From an uncultured Candidatus Saccharibacteria bacterium (GTDB lineage Bacteria; Patescibacteriota; Saccharimonadia; Saccharimonadales; JALRHH01): DNA of 64,000 bases. Each line of letters starts with the position of its first letter. Position 1 is the first letter of the stretch. The stretch covers positions 2,693 to 66,692 of the forward strand of contig CAZPVS010000002.1 of NCBI GenBank assembly GCA_964590315.1, read 5' to 3'. The notes beneath the pieces are model-generated. The model did not search any database, was not told the DNA's origin, and saw only the letters and a program-made list of their open reading frames with translations. Of this stretch, positions 53,132 to 63,057 are shown piece after piece. The position numbers and the translations under genes were made by a program.

Positions 53132-55627
53132 CTATACGTATTCGCGAACAATTCTTCGGGTGATCCACTTATGTATTTCTGATCCTACTAAAACAGCGAC
53201 CGCCATAATTAACGAACATATAACAAGAGTGCTTATTGGCACCTGCTGTATATTGAAAACCGGTGCCAGCGGTCCGAACATAACAAGCATTTGCAGACCA
53301 AAAGCAATTATAAATCCGACGAGCATACCATGATTCATATGTTTGATACGACTAAATGAAGACTTATATTCACTCCTCGCATTGAACGCATTCATCCACT
53401 GAGCGGCAATTAGTGCCATGAACGCAACGGTCTGTATGTAAGCTGCATCGTGACCATTCTGCCACAAGGTGTAGACGATGGTCACTGTCACAACTGCCAT
53501 AATCATAGCAACTGTGAACATTCTACTTAGGAGTACTTTATTTAATAAGGAATCTTTAGGGTGGCGGGGCGGTCGCTTCATATGGCCTTCTTCTGCAGGC
53601 TCGAGACCAAGCGGCAGCACCAAGGCGGTATCGGTAACGAGATTGATCCATAAGATTTGAATAGCGGTTACAGGAAGTGGCAACGCAAATAGCAATGCAC
53701 CTATCATGGTTAGTACTTCACCAAGAGATGTTGATAGTAGGTAGAAAAGCATGCGCCGTATATTATCGTATATTTTTCTACCTTCTGCGATTGCTTTAAT
53801 GACCGTAGCAAAGTTATCGTCAAGCAGAACGATACCGCCGGCATCGCGAGCGATATCACTCCCCGATCCCATAGCTATTCCAACATGTGCATTGGCAAGT
53901 GCTGGCACGTCATTGACACCGTCTCCGGTCATTGCGGTAATTTCAGTGCGTTTCAAAGCTCTCAGTATCCTAAATTTATCTTCAGGAAGGATGCGAGCAA
54001 ATACGGTCTTATGTTCAATTAATGAAGCAACTGCTGCCTCATCTTTCGGAAGATCCGTGCCTTGAATAATTTGATCCTGGTGGCTGGCAAGACCTACTTT
54101 TTTACCGATATTAAAGGCTGTCTCGTAATGGTCACCTGTTATCAGCCGTACGCTTATCCCTGCTTCTTGCGCTGCTTTGATTGCGGGGGCGGCCTCTGGC
54201 CGTATCTCATCCGCAAAAGCGACATAACCAACAAAGGACAGTGCATTATCATCAATCTTGCTGAGATCGTCCGGGGCTCTTGAAATATCTGGAAGTACAG
54301 CAAATGCAATGACGCGGTATCCCTGTGAGGCAAAGGAATGCATTGTTGATTCAGCCTGGTGCCGTTCCGTTTGAGTCAGGCGAGATTTGTTGAGAATGTG
54401 TTCGGGTGAACCTTTAATGAATACAGTCTTATTTGCTTGGATATAAGTGCCGCTCATCCGTAAGGCTAAGTCAAACGGATATAACCGTGTAACTGAAGCA
54501 CCATCATCAAGTTGCGTTCCTTCTTTTATTGCTTGATCAAGTGGATCAGCCAGAGTTACTGATCGATCAATAGTTTTGGCAGCGGTAGCTAGTATATTTG
54601 CCTTCCCTATTGACCAACTGTCTACAATAGAAAGGTGGTTCTTTGTCAACGTACCGGTCTTGTCGGTAGCGATAGTAGTAATGAGCCCCACATCCTCGAT
54701 AGCCTTAAATGAGCGGACAAGTGCCTTTTGTTTAGCCATTCGGCGCATGCCGAGTACAAGGATTACCGTCAATGCAACAGGCAGACCTTCTGGCACGGCA
54801 GATACTGTCAACGAAAGGACAAAACGCAGTGCTTCTGCGGAGGGTATACCTTGCACAAGTGCCAATACAAACACGAATGCAGCCGCAATCCCTATGACTT
54901 TCACCAGCAGTTTAATGAGGTTGTCGATTTTTTCCTGCACAGGGCTGCTAGAACTTTTACCGGAGGCAAGTTCTGCTATCTTACCGAATTCTGTACGACT
55001 TCCCGTTTCGACTACTACTGCGCGAGCTGAACCAGAAAGTACATAGGTACCCTGGAAAACCATATTATCTTGTTCGTATATTTGTTTTGCAGTTTCGAGC
55101 GTTGAAGCATGTTTATGGACTGGTACTGACTCGCCTGTCAGGGAGGATTCGTTTGCTTGTAAGCTTTCAGTATGCACGATACGAGCATCTGCAGGGATTC
55201 GTTCCCCTTCGTTCAGTAGTATGATATCACCGGGCACAAGATATGTTGATGAAATTTGCTGCTCTGCACCTTCACGAATCACTGTTGATTGCTGCTGGCT
55301 GTGCTTCTTGAGGCTGCGGAGTACCCGAGTCGTCGCATATTGCTGGGTATAGAAAATGATTGCGTTTACTACAATTATAATAGTAATGATGACAGCATCT
55401 AAAGCGTGGCCACTCAATATACTAATTAGTGCGGCCGCACCAAGAACTGCCACAAAGACGCTTCTGAAAGGCTCAATAATGACCTTCCAGAAGGGCTCTT
55501 TTTTAATGGCTAGTTGATTGGGACCATATTTCTTCAGACGGGAGGCGGTTTCTTTCGAGTCTAGACCTTCGTCTGATGTTTCTAAAATTGTGTATAGGTT
55601 TTGTGTGTTTTCGGTGTACCACTTCAT
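53132..55627 (-). CDS. P-type cation-transporting ATPase (P2-type, Ca2+/Mg2+-like)
   Basis: 831 aa. TGES, DKTGTLT, TGDHYETA and TGDGVNDVPAL motifs with 10-TM topology. Confidence 0.92.
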   Translation of the reverse strand: MKWYTENTQNLYTILETSDEGLDSKETASRLKKYGPNQLAIKKEPFWKVIIEPFRSVFVAVLGAAALISILSGHALDAVIITIIIVVNAIIFYTQQYATTRVLRSLKKHSQQQSTVIREGAEQQISSTYLVPGDIILLNEGERIPADARIVHTESLQANESSLTGESVPVHKHASTLETAKQIYEQDNMVFQGTYVLSGSARAVVVETGSRTEFGKIAELASGKSSSSPVQEKIDNLIKLLVKVIGIAAAFVFVLALVQGIPSAEALRFVLSLTVSAVPEGLPVALTVILVLGMRRMAKQKALVRSFKAIEDVGLITTIATDKTGTLTKNHLSIVDSWSIGKANILATAAKTIDRSVTLADPLDQAIKEGTQLDDGASVTRLYPFDLALRMSGTYIQANKTVFIKGSPEHILNKSRLTQTERHQAESTMHSFASQGYRVIAFAVLPDISRAPDDLSKIDDNALSFVGYVAFADEIRPEAAPAIKAAQEAGISVRLITGDHYETAFNIGKKVGLASHQDQIIQGTDLPKDEAAVASLIEHKTVFARILPEDKFRILRALKRTEITAMTGDGVNDVPALANAHVGIAMGSGSDIARDAGGIVLLDDNFATVIKAIAEGRKIYDNIRRMLFYLLSTSLGEVLTMIGALLFALPLPVTAIQILWINLVTDTALVLPLGLEPAEEGHMKRPPRHPKDSLLNKVLLSRMFTVAMIMAVVTVTIVYTLWQNGHDAAYIQTVAFMALIAAQWMNAFNARSEYKSSFSRIKHMNHGMLVGFIIAFGLQMLVMFGPLAPVFNIQQVPISTLVICSLIMAVAVLVGSEIHKWITRRIVREYV

Positions 55628-55795
55628 CCGTATCCATTATACACACCCACGGGATAAACGAGGTCTCGAGGTATGTTAATTATGATTCGTCATAAATAAT
55701 AATTACGATGTTGCATGTACGGCAAGAACTAGTCCGTGCCCACCTGTCCCTACTGATCAATTACGCAAAATATATAGATACACCCAGGGAGTTTT

Positions 55796-56047
55796 TTACA
55801 CATTCGGGTAGTTGATATGTACTGCATCTAATGCGCATGTGCCGACTCGCCCGACATCAAACTCTGCCAGGATAACCTCCATTGGAGATGAACTGCGGTG
55901 TCCTTCGCGAGCTTCATGGAGACCGGGGGTTTTCCATTCGTTTCGTAGAGATTCCGTTGGTGCGATCTCTTGCACCGTGGCTCCAGGAGATATATCAGAA
56001 GGGGCAAAACCGTATTCGCTTTTTACATGTGGCGAAAAAACACTCAT
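55796..56047 (-). CDS. Small hypothetical protein
   Basis: 83 aa from the internal Met of the track ORF (MSVFSPHVKSEYGF...). No motif; weak RBS. Confidence 0.3.
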   Translation of the reverse strand: MSVFSPHVKSEYGFAPSDISPGATVQEIAPTESLRNEWKTPGLHEAREGHRSSSPMEVILAEFDVGRVGTCALDAVHINYPNV

Positions 56048-56267
56048 CTTGAAATAGCCTTTCTTGCTTCGGAGGCTTGAAACCACCATGAAACCGCCCC
56101 TGGAGGGGCGGCGTATTTTATTTGGGGTAAGTTTGATATTAGGATTGTATCTGACCGGTATAATACACCGTTGCGCGTCCGAGATACCCTCTGTCATAAG
56201 CATACGCTTTACTGCAAAAATGTATGTGATTAGACGCACATTCTGGACAGTATTTCCTGATCGGTAG

Positions 56268-56609
56268 TTAGATCTTGGCTACCGCAAGAATTATTCGTTC
56301 TACCAGATCCATAGGGAGGGGTTCGGTATGCTTGAAATGGAGTGATCCCTTTGTTCCTGTTCCGCGATATGGCGCGACAGCCTCTTCAAGCTCAGGAATA
56401 TCAAATATGGGATACATACCGATATGGTGCGCAAACGAGCTTATATACAGATGATGTCTACCAACTGTAAATGCGGGAATATTGTAACTAATCGATTCTT
56501 CGACATCAGGAACGAGCCGATGAAAGAGGGCGCGTATTACTTCGAGCCGTTCCCTCTGTGTGCCCTCCGTACTGTCGATGTACGCATCAATTGACGTAAA
56601 CTTTGTCAT
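56268..56609 (-). CDS. DUF1801 (YdhG-like) domain protein
   Basis: MTKFTSIDAYIDS...ESISYNIPAFTV...GSLHFKHTEPLP. The start ATG lies 6 nt after a TGTATAAT box, so the transcript looks leaderless. Confidence 0.65.
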   Translation of the reverse strand: MTKFTSIDAYIDSTEGTQRERLEVIRALFHRLVPDVEESISYNIPAFTVGRHHLYISSFAHHIGMYPIFDIPELEEAVAPYRGTGTKGSLHFKHTEPLPMDLVERIILAVAKI

Positions 56610-56680
56610 GTATCTATTATACAGAACCCAAGTATTATCCTGCGTATAGCTGACATGCACGGTGGTGTACACTTAATACT

Positions 56681-56950
56681 ATGACGACAAAACAAATTGC
56701 CGAAGGAGTGGCGCATAAACTACCGGCAGATTTACGTCTGGCACTGAGTACGCATGCAGCCGCCCGCAAAGCCTGGGATGATATTACTCCATTGGCCCGC
56801 AATGAGTGGATCTGTTGGGTAGAATCTGCCAAGTTAATTGAAACACGGTCGCGTCGCGTTGAAAGAGTCCATGCAGAACTGGCTGAGGGTAAACGGCGGC
56901 CCTGCTGCTGGCCAGGGTGCATACACCGCCAAAAGACCGGCAGGCCATAG
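56681..56950 (+). CDS. YdeI/OmpD-associated family protein
   Basis: 89 aa. ARKAWDDITPLARNEWICWVESAKLIETRSRRVERV. Confidence 0.6.
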   Translation: MTTKQIAEGVAHKLPADLRLALSTHAAARKAWDDITPLARNEWICWVESAKLIETRSRRVERVHAELAEGKRRPCCWPGCIHRQKTGRP

Positions 56951-57013
56951 AATGATTTAAAGGGAATGAGCAACAGCGCGGGTAAATACCGCACGGATTG
57001 CTATAATACGTAC

Positions 57014-57523
57014 ATGAAGAATGTAACCATTGTCCTTTTAGTTTGCGCGCTTGGCATCCTAGGATTCTTGCTCTATGCAAACGAAGATCCAGCAACTACA
57101 TCCACCGTATCCACGCCTACTGAATCAGCACCGGCAAAAACAACAGGAAAAGAAGTCAACCTTTCTAACAAGAATTTGGACAAAATCTCAAAAGATATCC
57201 TCGATGATACATCCGTAACTATACTTAATGTGAGCAATAACAACTTGACCGGTTCCCTGCCTGGGGAGATCAGAAAATTGACCAACCTCGAGGTGCTGAT
57301 TGCGTCGGACAATAACATGACTGGAATTCCTGCTGAGATTGGCCAGCTGGGCAAGTTGAAAGTTGCTAATTTTGCGAATAATGACTTGTCTGGCCTGCCT
57401 CTGGAGCTTGGCAACTTACGTAATCTTGAAACGCTTGATTTGCGTGGCAACCCCGATATATCCAAACACGATATAGCGCTTATCCAAAAAGAAATTCCCA
57501 ACGCTCAGATCCTTGTCGATTAG
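57014..57523 (+). CDS. Membrane-anchored leucine-rich-repeat protein
   Basis: TM MKNVTIVLLVCALGILGFLLYA, then 5-6 LRRs (LxxLxLxxNxLxGxLPxEI pattern). Confidence 0.7.
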   Translation: MKNVTIVLLVCALGILGFLLYANEDPATTSTVSTPTESAPAKTTGKEVNLSNKNLDKISKDILDDTSVTILNVSNNNLTGSLPGEIRKLTNLEVLIASDNNMTGIPAEIGQLGKLKVANFANNDLSGLPLELGNLRNLETLDLRGNPDISKHDIALIQKEIPNAQILVD

Positions 57524-57563
57524 GCGAATAGACAAATGTGCCGAAGTATTGTATAATCATGTA

Positions 57564-58034
57564 ATGAAAAAGATTGAGCTACCTTCACTTGTTGTTGGCA
57601 ATAATCCCGTCGCAACGGAACTTAATTTTGATGAATTTAAGGCATCTTGCGAGCGAATGTCACAAGAGCAGGAAGTAACCGTAAATGCCGCGCAATTATG
57701 GATACGTATGGGCAACCAGCGTAATCCACTTTGTGAATCAGGAGATAGACTGGCCTTGTCCAGCACCCCGGATGAGTCGCTCATTGGCCGCAGCGGTATG
57801 AGCCCCCGCATACATGCTCTGGGCCTGGTGACATTGACACAGACCTGGCATGGGAGCCTTGTTAGCTACCAGGAATACCTTAGGAGTATAGACCGAGCGT
57901 GGCCAACTGGAGAGATAGGCCCTGTTATGCCACAAAATATCCCCATTTCAATCGAATTACCTCGTCATTTTGGTGTAAAGGGTTTAGTCGCAGCTACATA
58001 TGCCGTTAACGATTATTTCAGCCAGCGATCGTGA
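57564..58034 (+). CDS. Hypothetical protein
   Basis: 156 aa from MKKIELPSLVV. The ATG lies 6 nt after TGTATAAT (57550-57557). Confidence 0.5.
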   Translation: MKKIELPSLVVGNNPVATELNFDEFKASCERMSQEQEVTVNAAQLWIRMGNQRNPLCESGDRLALSSTPDESLIGRSGMSPRIHALGLVTLTQTWHGSLVSYQEYLRSIDRAWPTGEIGPVMPQNIPISIELPRHFGVKGLVAATYAVNDYFSQRS

Positions 58035-58282
58035 TTGACTTATTCTATACAAACGAGCACGAGCTCCGTACCTACAGACATTAAATAACATAGCTGTAAA
58101 TATCAGTGTATTAATTTATTGAGCGCCTGCTTGGCGACATTGCTAGCTTAGTCAGCACAAATAACGTACAGAAATAAAACGATACTACTACGGGAAATAA
58201 AACCATTAATGCTAGACCCGCGAGTCCCGATCCCTCCGCATTAAATGCTGAGGCTGAGCTCACTGTTACTGCCCGGGTGTTA

Positions 58283-58531
58283 TCAAGTGAGTGCAATTCG
58301 TGCCAGGGATGCGATAGCTATGACGGCCCAGAATAGATTCAGTAGCACCGTCTGACGTACTTTTTTGATCAGTGATATTATTATGATCCCTATCGCTCCG
58401 GTGAGGTTAAGCAGCTGGTACAGACTGCCATCAGCTGCTATCACCTGAAAACTTACCAGAGCGTACGCCCCGACAATTGCAGTAGTCCCATACCACCCCA
58501 CTATCTCCGGGATATTTATTTTTCGTGCCAT
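58283..58531 (-). CDS. Small 3-TM membrane protein (CBU_0592-like)
   Basis: MARKINIPEIVGWYGTTAIVGAYALVSF... The start lies 6 nt after TGCTATACT. Confidence 0.5.
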   Translation of the reverse strand: MARKINIPEIVGWYGTTAIVGAYALVSFQVIAADGSLYQLLNLTGAIGIIIISLIKKVRQTVLLNLFWAVIAIASLARIALT

Positions 58532-58623
58532 ACGTAGAGTATAGCAAAGCAAAACTCTGCTTTTCTCAGGAAGATACCTGCTTGTTTTCGAATTGATTGT
58601 TAAACTCGATTTCATCCAGCGAG

Positions 58624-58971
58624 CTACTGGGGAATCAATCCAGAATCAAAACTAGCAATGATTATCTGAGCAATAATTATCGAAGCAGTATAGACCAGCA
58701 TAAATAATAAAATACCCACGGACATCTTACCTACTCTGCCGTCGTGGACCGTAGAGATAGCCCCGCGACTCTTAGCAAATCCAACAATAGAGATAATCAG
58801 AAACACCGCACTAACTGCGATCAGCGCCTTGGCCTTCAATAACTCATATTCAGGATATCTAGTATATGGTTCTGGATATGCATAAAATTTTGCGACAGCA
58901 GTAACCATTGTCATTAGAAAAACAGGTAAAGAAATAGTGCTTGCGGTAAATACTGTAAGTGGATTTTTCAT
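58624..58971 (-). CDS. Small polytopic membrane protein
   Basis: 115 aa with four hydrophobic helices. Confidence 0.5.
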   Translation of the reverse strand: MKNPLTVFTASTISLPVFLMTMVTAVAKFYAYPEPYTRYPEYELLKAKALIAVSAVFLIISIVGFAKSRGAISTVHDGRVGKMSVGILLFMLVYTASIIIAQIIIASFDSGLIPQ

Positions 58972-59239
58972 AACTTCTAGTGTAGCTCATTTACAAAATA
59001 AATAATAATACCACTTAAAATCTTCTTAATTATGAAGTTTCTGTCCCGTAAAATGTAACGAGATCATACACGACTATAGCCATGCTCGGAATGAATTTCT
59101 GTGCGTGGTTTTGCTTACCTAACCACGAGACCCTGCTCTTTCAGATCAGTCTTAGGCTACATTGACCAGAAAAACAAATAGGAATACCTCGTTGTGAAGC
59201 GTATTCTTATTTGGCCCACACTGGCTGCTGAAGTTCGAA

Positions 59240-59491
59240 CTAGTTCCGAGGGAGTGCGATACCCACCTGCTTTGCAGCAGCAAGAAGCTCTGCATTGAGA
59301 GTAAGTAATTTCTCTTCGAGAGATTTTCTGGCAAAATCTGTATCAGTAATTGTGCCTGATTGTAATTCGGTGAGCATACCGTAGATTTCCTTAATGTCTT
59401 CCCTTAAGGCTTTTAGCTCATTGAACACAGGTTCAAGTTTTGTGTCAAATATAGATGCAATTTGTTGCAAATCTTCTTGCGTTAAACTCAT
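59240..59491 (-). CDS. Small coiled-coil hypothetical protein
   Basis: 83 aa. The ATG lies 6 nt after TGTGCTAAAAT. Confidence 0.5.
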   Translation of the reverse strand: MSLTQEDLQQIASIFDTKLEPVFNELKALREDIKEIYGMLTELQSGTITDTDFARKSLEEKLLTLNAELLAAAKQVGIALPRN

Positions 59492-59589
59492 ACTTCAATT
59501 TTAGCACAGAACAGAAGCGCTCCATTCTTGCAAAGCGCCTTATTAGGCTCTCCCATCCCTGGCGATTATTGAACTAATACACAAGCAGT

Positions 59590-60453
59590 CTACTTTGCCT
59601 GCAGCCGTAACATCTCTTCTTCATACCAGTCGGGAACTTCTGCAATACCGTAATATGGGTTTTCACTCCCAGAAACATACTCAGAAAGCGGATCACCTTT
59701 TCCATAGTGCCAGATTTCTTGTGGGTTTACATACAGACCGGCTTTTTCGGTCATAGCGTAGTACAGAACTCTTCGCCCCAGAACTACTTCACTACCTTCG
59801 GGCTCTACTGGAGTTTGCTCTACTGAATTTATGATATCGCTCTGGCCTTCAATCAAGTGATAACCTTCATGAAAGTCTGGATAAGCTGTGCCCTTTACTG
59901 CCCCGCCCTTGTGGCCTCGGTCAAAAGGCTCGCCCGTTTCTAGATTAATAAGCGCAACGTCAACTGCTCCACCAGTTAAATGAGGCGTAGGTGTCGGACG
60001 ATCGCTTGGACGAGCGCAGTAGTTCGGTACTTCACTTGCAACCTCTTGGTCTGTCATTCCTTGATTCATACTCTTTATCACCATTGGCCAGGCAACCTCA
60101 AAGGCAAACTTTTGCACTTGATAAGGTCGTAGGGCGTCATCAATACGAATATGAGCGGGAGCTCCAAGATACTCACGTACCTCCCTGTCATTCCGTAGAT
60201 AATCGTCCGCAAGTACAAGCCGTCTTGCAACGTCTAGCCGTACAAGTGGCGCATCAGGGACACCCGGTAAGGTCTCTCCCGTCATTCGATTTGGCTTAGA
60301 ATAGTAGCTACTGGCATCTTCAAAACCAAATTCAGATTCTCGAGGGTCAACGAGAGGGTCGTTATGCAAAGGATGCTCAGTATCTATCTCACGCCGAATG
60401 TCGTAACCATCCTTATGCGCCCTTAACGCAGTAAAGTTCGGTACCTGATTCAT
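59590..60453 (-). CDS. M15-family metallopeptidase (VanX-type D-Ala-D-Ala dipeptidase-like)
   Basis: 287 aa. PHLTGGAVDVAL (HxxxxxxD zinc motif) and EIWHYG near the C-terminus. Confidence 0.6.
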   Translation of the reverse strand: MNQVPNFTALRAHKDGYDIRREIDTEHPLHNDPLVDPRESEFGFEDASSYYSKPNRMTGETLPGVPDAPLVRLDVARRLVLADDYLRNDREVREYLGAPAHIRIDDALRPYQVQKFAFEVAWPMVIKSMNQGMTDQEVASEVPNYCARPSDRPTPTPHLTGGAVDVALINLETGEPFDRGHKGGAVKGTAYPDFHEGYHLIEGQSDIINSVEQTPVEPEGSEVVLGRRVLYYAMTEKAGLYVNPQEIWHYGKGDPLSEYVSGSENPYYGIAEVPDWYEEEMLRLQAK

Positions 60454-60509
60454 AAAAAACAGAATACCACATAAATAGCATTTTGTAAAGTATAAGCGTC
60501 TTAGCTTCC

Positions 60510-61190
60510 CTAGCTCACGGGGTTTGCAACTCTTTGTTGGGCGGCTCGGTTAAAAACAGCAATCTGAGTATTCCGAACGAAAGTCGGACCTGTAAGCTGT
60601 TCAATGTCTACTGAATAATCTTGGTACCGGCTTGTAATGTTCAATGCCCAATCCTGAAACTCTGGTACGTCCCATTCGAAATAATGGCCGCGTGCTGCTA
60701 ACTGCTCTTCGTTGAGTCGTTTCGTAGCATCGGGAGTAGAGACAATTACGAGGTCAGGTGTAATATGATTGAAAACTCCATCCTCTATTAGCGATACTTC
60801 ATGCCGAGGGACATGCTCAATTGTCTCTAACATAACTACGGCACCAAGATGACGGAATAGCCCAGGTTTATCTACTACAGTCTCTAGGCCCGTCATTGAA
60901 CCTTCGATAAAGGTAAGCCAGTCTTCTGCACTTGCTAGGTCTGATTCAGCGGTATCTATACGTTCTTGCCACGAGTCGATACCTAAGTATCTTTCAAACC
61001 GTAGGTCGTTACTTATAATCCGTTTCACTAATGCGCCGTCGCCACATCCGAGGTCAATAACTGACTGTATACCATTTACCGTTAATGCGTTAATCACGGC
61101 GTCCATACGTAAGCCATGGTTATAGACTGCGAGTTCAGGAAAAGTTCCCGTAGTATGTAACGCTGGTAGTTCTGATATTGGAGTAGACAT
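60510..61190 (-). CDS. Standalone Hen1-like methyltransferase domain (3'-terminal RNA ribose 2'-O-methyltransferase family)
   Basis: Start at MSTPISELP. RMDAVINAL..VIDLGCGDGALV..YLGIDSW..VVMLETIEHV..VIVSTPDA..HYFEWDVPEFQDWA..YSVDI..TQIAVFNR parallels the Hen1 MTase layout (LDLGCG, EVIEH, TPN, FEWTR.EF..WA, QMAVF.R). Confidence 0.55.
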   Translation of the reverse strand: MSTPISELPALHTTGTFPELAVYNHGLRMDAVINALTVNGIQSVIDLGCGDGALVKRIISNDLRFERYLGIDSWQERIDTAESDLASAEDWLTFIEGSMTGLETVVDKPGLFRHLGAVVMLETIEHVPRHEVSLIEDGVFNHITPDLVIVSTPDATKRLNEEQLAARGHYFEWDVPEFQDWALNITSRYQDYSVDIEQLTGPTFVRNTQIAVFNRAAQQRVANPVS

Positions 61191-61431
61191 AAAAAAACAA
61201 AATACCACATCTCAGGCATTTTGTAAAACATAAGCGTTATGACTCCTGGGGCGAGATTATTGTATATAACCTGCAGCCATGCTCGATGCAGGCATCTGCG
61301 CGGGGCTTTGCTTATCGAACTCGCCTTACGGGCACCGAGTTCGATCTGGCTCAGGGGCAAAAGAAAACACCCCCAAATGGAGGTGCTTTCTATTGGCTCC
61401 CACTAATAAACGACTTCCGAACCAAGAGCCA

Positions 61432-61596
61432 CTAATTAGATCGAATTGAGTGTGCTTGGCGAGAAACTGTTTTTTGGTCGGCGTAAGCACGTTTAATAGC
61501 ACCACTAAGTACGCGAGCAGCAGCTCGTGAAGGTTTTGGTGAGGCAATGTCACTTAAGGTGACCTTAGGGCTGATAATTGATTTAATCTTCATCAT
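61432..61596 (-). CDS. Unannotated 54-aa basic ORF immediately downstream of the zeta-like kinase
   Basis: Own translation: MMKIKSIISPKVTLSDIASPKPSRAAARVLSGAIKRAYADQKTVSRQAHSIRSN. Weak RBS. Below the track cutoff. Confidence 0.3.
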   Translation of the reverse strand: MMKIKSIISPKVTLSDIASPKPSRAAARVLSGAIKRAYADQKTVSRQAHSIRSN

Positions 61597-61606
61597 ATAA
61601 GTACTC

Positions 61607-62275
61607 TCATGTTATCACATTCTCTAATTGTTCTTGTGTAAGAAATTTGGGTAACTCTGCAAAAAGATCAGGAACGTTTTCAACACGTCTACCTTCCCTA
61701 TTATTCTCATCCTTTACAATTAAACTTATTGTAACATCTTTATGCCTATTACACAATTCCCTTAAGTTTGATTCAAGTTTAAGATATGTCTGTATGAACT
61801 CATCTCTATCTATAGCGCGGTGTTCAAGTAATTCCCGGTCTTTCGTAAACTGCCACGCAACTTCTGGAAGTTGAAATATAAAATAAATTTTAACCTTGTA
61901 ACCTCTATGGAGGGCTCTTTCTAAATTCTGAATGGCACGCCCATGAGAAAAAGTACCGTCAAAGACAAAATCAATTCTCTTCTTGATGGTCTCATCGTAT
62001 ATTTTTCCTAAGATTACCCCTGCACCACCACGAAACTTATTTGCTAGTTCTGGTTTATAGTCTTCCATCAATGTGGCAATCTCGTCCATATCAATTCTTA
62101 AAGGCTTATCAGATACATCCTTAAGGAGTTCGACCGTAAATTCTGTTTTTCCAGCACCAGGTAAACCGGCCATAAATATTCCCGTAGGATACTCTTTGCT
62201 TATAAAGTCTGTCTTACGGATAAATTCGCGAGCAATTCGTTTTCTGTTCTTATTTGCCCATTCCATGTAGTCCAT
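61607..62275 (-). CDS. Zeta-toxin-family P-loop kinase
   Basis: 222 aa. GIFMAGLPGAGKTEF (Walker A) and DFVFDGTFSH. Overall layout matches PezT/zeta-like kinases. No upstream epsilon-type antitoxin ORF. Confidence 0.65.
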   Translation of the reverse strand: MDYMEWANKNRKRIAREFIRKTDFISKEYPTGIFMAGLPGAGKTEFTVELLKDVSDKPLRIDMDEIATLMEDYKPELANKFRGGAGVILGKIYDETIKKRIDFVFDGTFSHGRAIQNLERALHRGYKVKIYFIFQLPEVAWQFTKDRELLEHRAIDRDEFIQTYLKLESNLRELCNRHKDVTISLIVKDENNREGRRVENVPDLFAELPKFLTQEQLENVIT

Positions 62276-62372
62276 GGGCTAATTGTAGCAAAACAAAAAC
62301 ACTCTGCTTCTGCAAAGTGCTTATGCTCGGCTCCCCATACCGGTCACGGACCTTTAAGGATATAATGCGATT

Positions 62373-62954
62373 ATGATATCAATATACTTTGCAACTTCAA
62401 ATAAGGAAAAAATACAAATTGCTCAGACCGTATGTGCGGAAGCGAGCTTAACTGTTCAGCCAGTTTCATTAGACATTGACGAAATTCAAGGTGAAGATCC
62501 TGAGGTAATTGTACGTGATAAAGCGCAGCGGGCTTATGAGCAGCTCGGAATGCCTGTTGTGGTTAGTGATGACACGTGGGACATACCGGCACTGAAAGGC
62601 TTCCCTGGCGCTTATATGAAATCGATAAACTACTGGTTTACCCCGGATGATTTTCTAAGACTCATGGAAGGTGTTGATGACAGAAAAATCATTCTGCATC
62701 AGTATCTCGCCTACACAGATGGAAGTGTGACGGAAGTTTTTAAAAATGATATACCAGGCCAAATCATCAAAGAAGCACGTGGCGAAAGCGAAAAATCTCC
62801 AAATATGACAGTCACCGTTCTTGATTTCGACAATGGCAAAACCATTGCTGAAGTATTTGAGCAAGGCGAAGAAGCTGTAGTAGCCCGCTATAAAAACCGT
62901 CCAGATGCATGGCACGGCTTTATTGAATGGTATAAAAAATATCCAGTAGCGTGA
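62373..62954 (+). CDS. Ham1/RdgB-family non-canonical purine NTP pyrophosphatase
   Basis: IYFATSNKEKIQIA and VVSDDTWDIPALKGFPGAYMK. Confidence 0.75.
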   Translation: MISIYFATSNKEKIQIAQTVCAEASLTVQPVSLDIDEIQGEDPEVIVRDKAQRAYEQLGMPVVVSDDTWDIPALKGFPGAYMKSINYWFTPDDFLRLMEGVDDRKIILHQYLAYTDGSVTEVFKNDIPGQIIKEARGESEKSPNMTVTVLDFDNGKTIAEVFEQGEEAVVARYKNRPDAWHGFIEWYKKYPVA

Positions 62955-62988
62955 ATGCTTACTGGATACCCTGTAAAATATATGCTCT

Positions 62989-63057
62989 TGGCTCCGGAGA
63001 CTGGATTCGAACCAAGTGTTTCTACCACCTAATTATTAGGCTCGCCTTACTATAGCT
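62989..63057 (-). pseudogene. tRNA-like fragment: intact T arm + acceptor 3' strand + GCCA, degenerate 5' part
   Basis: Reverse complement ...CTTGG-TTCGAAT-CCAGT-CTCCGGA-G-CCA. Upstream is CCTAA-TAA-TTAGG (3-nt loop). No complementary 5' acceptor strand. Confidence 0.45.
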
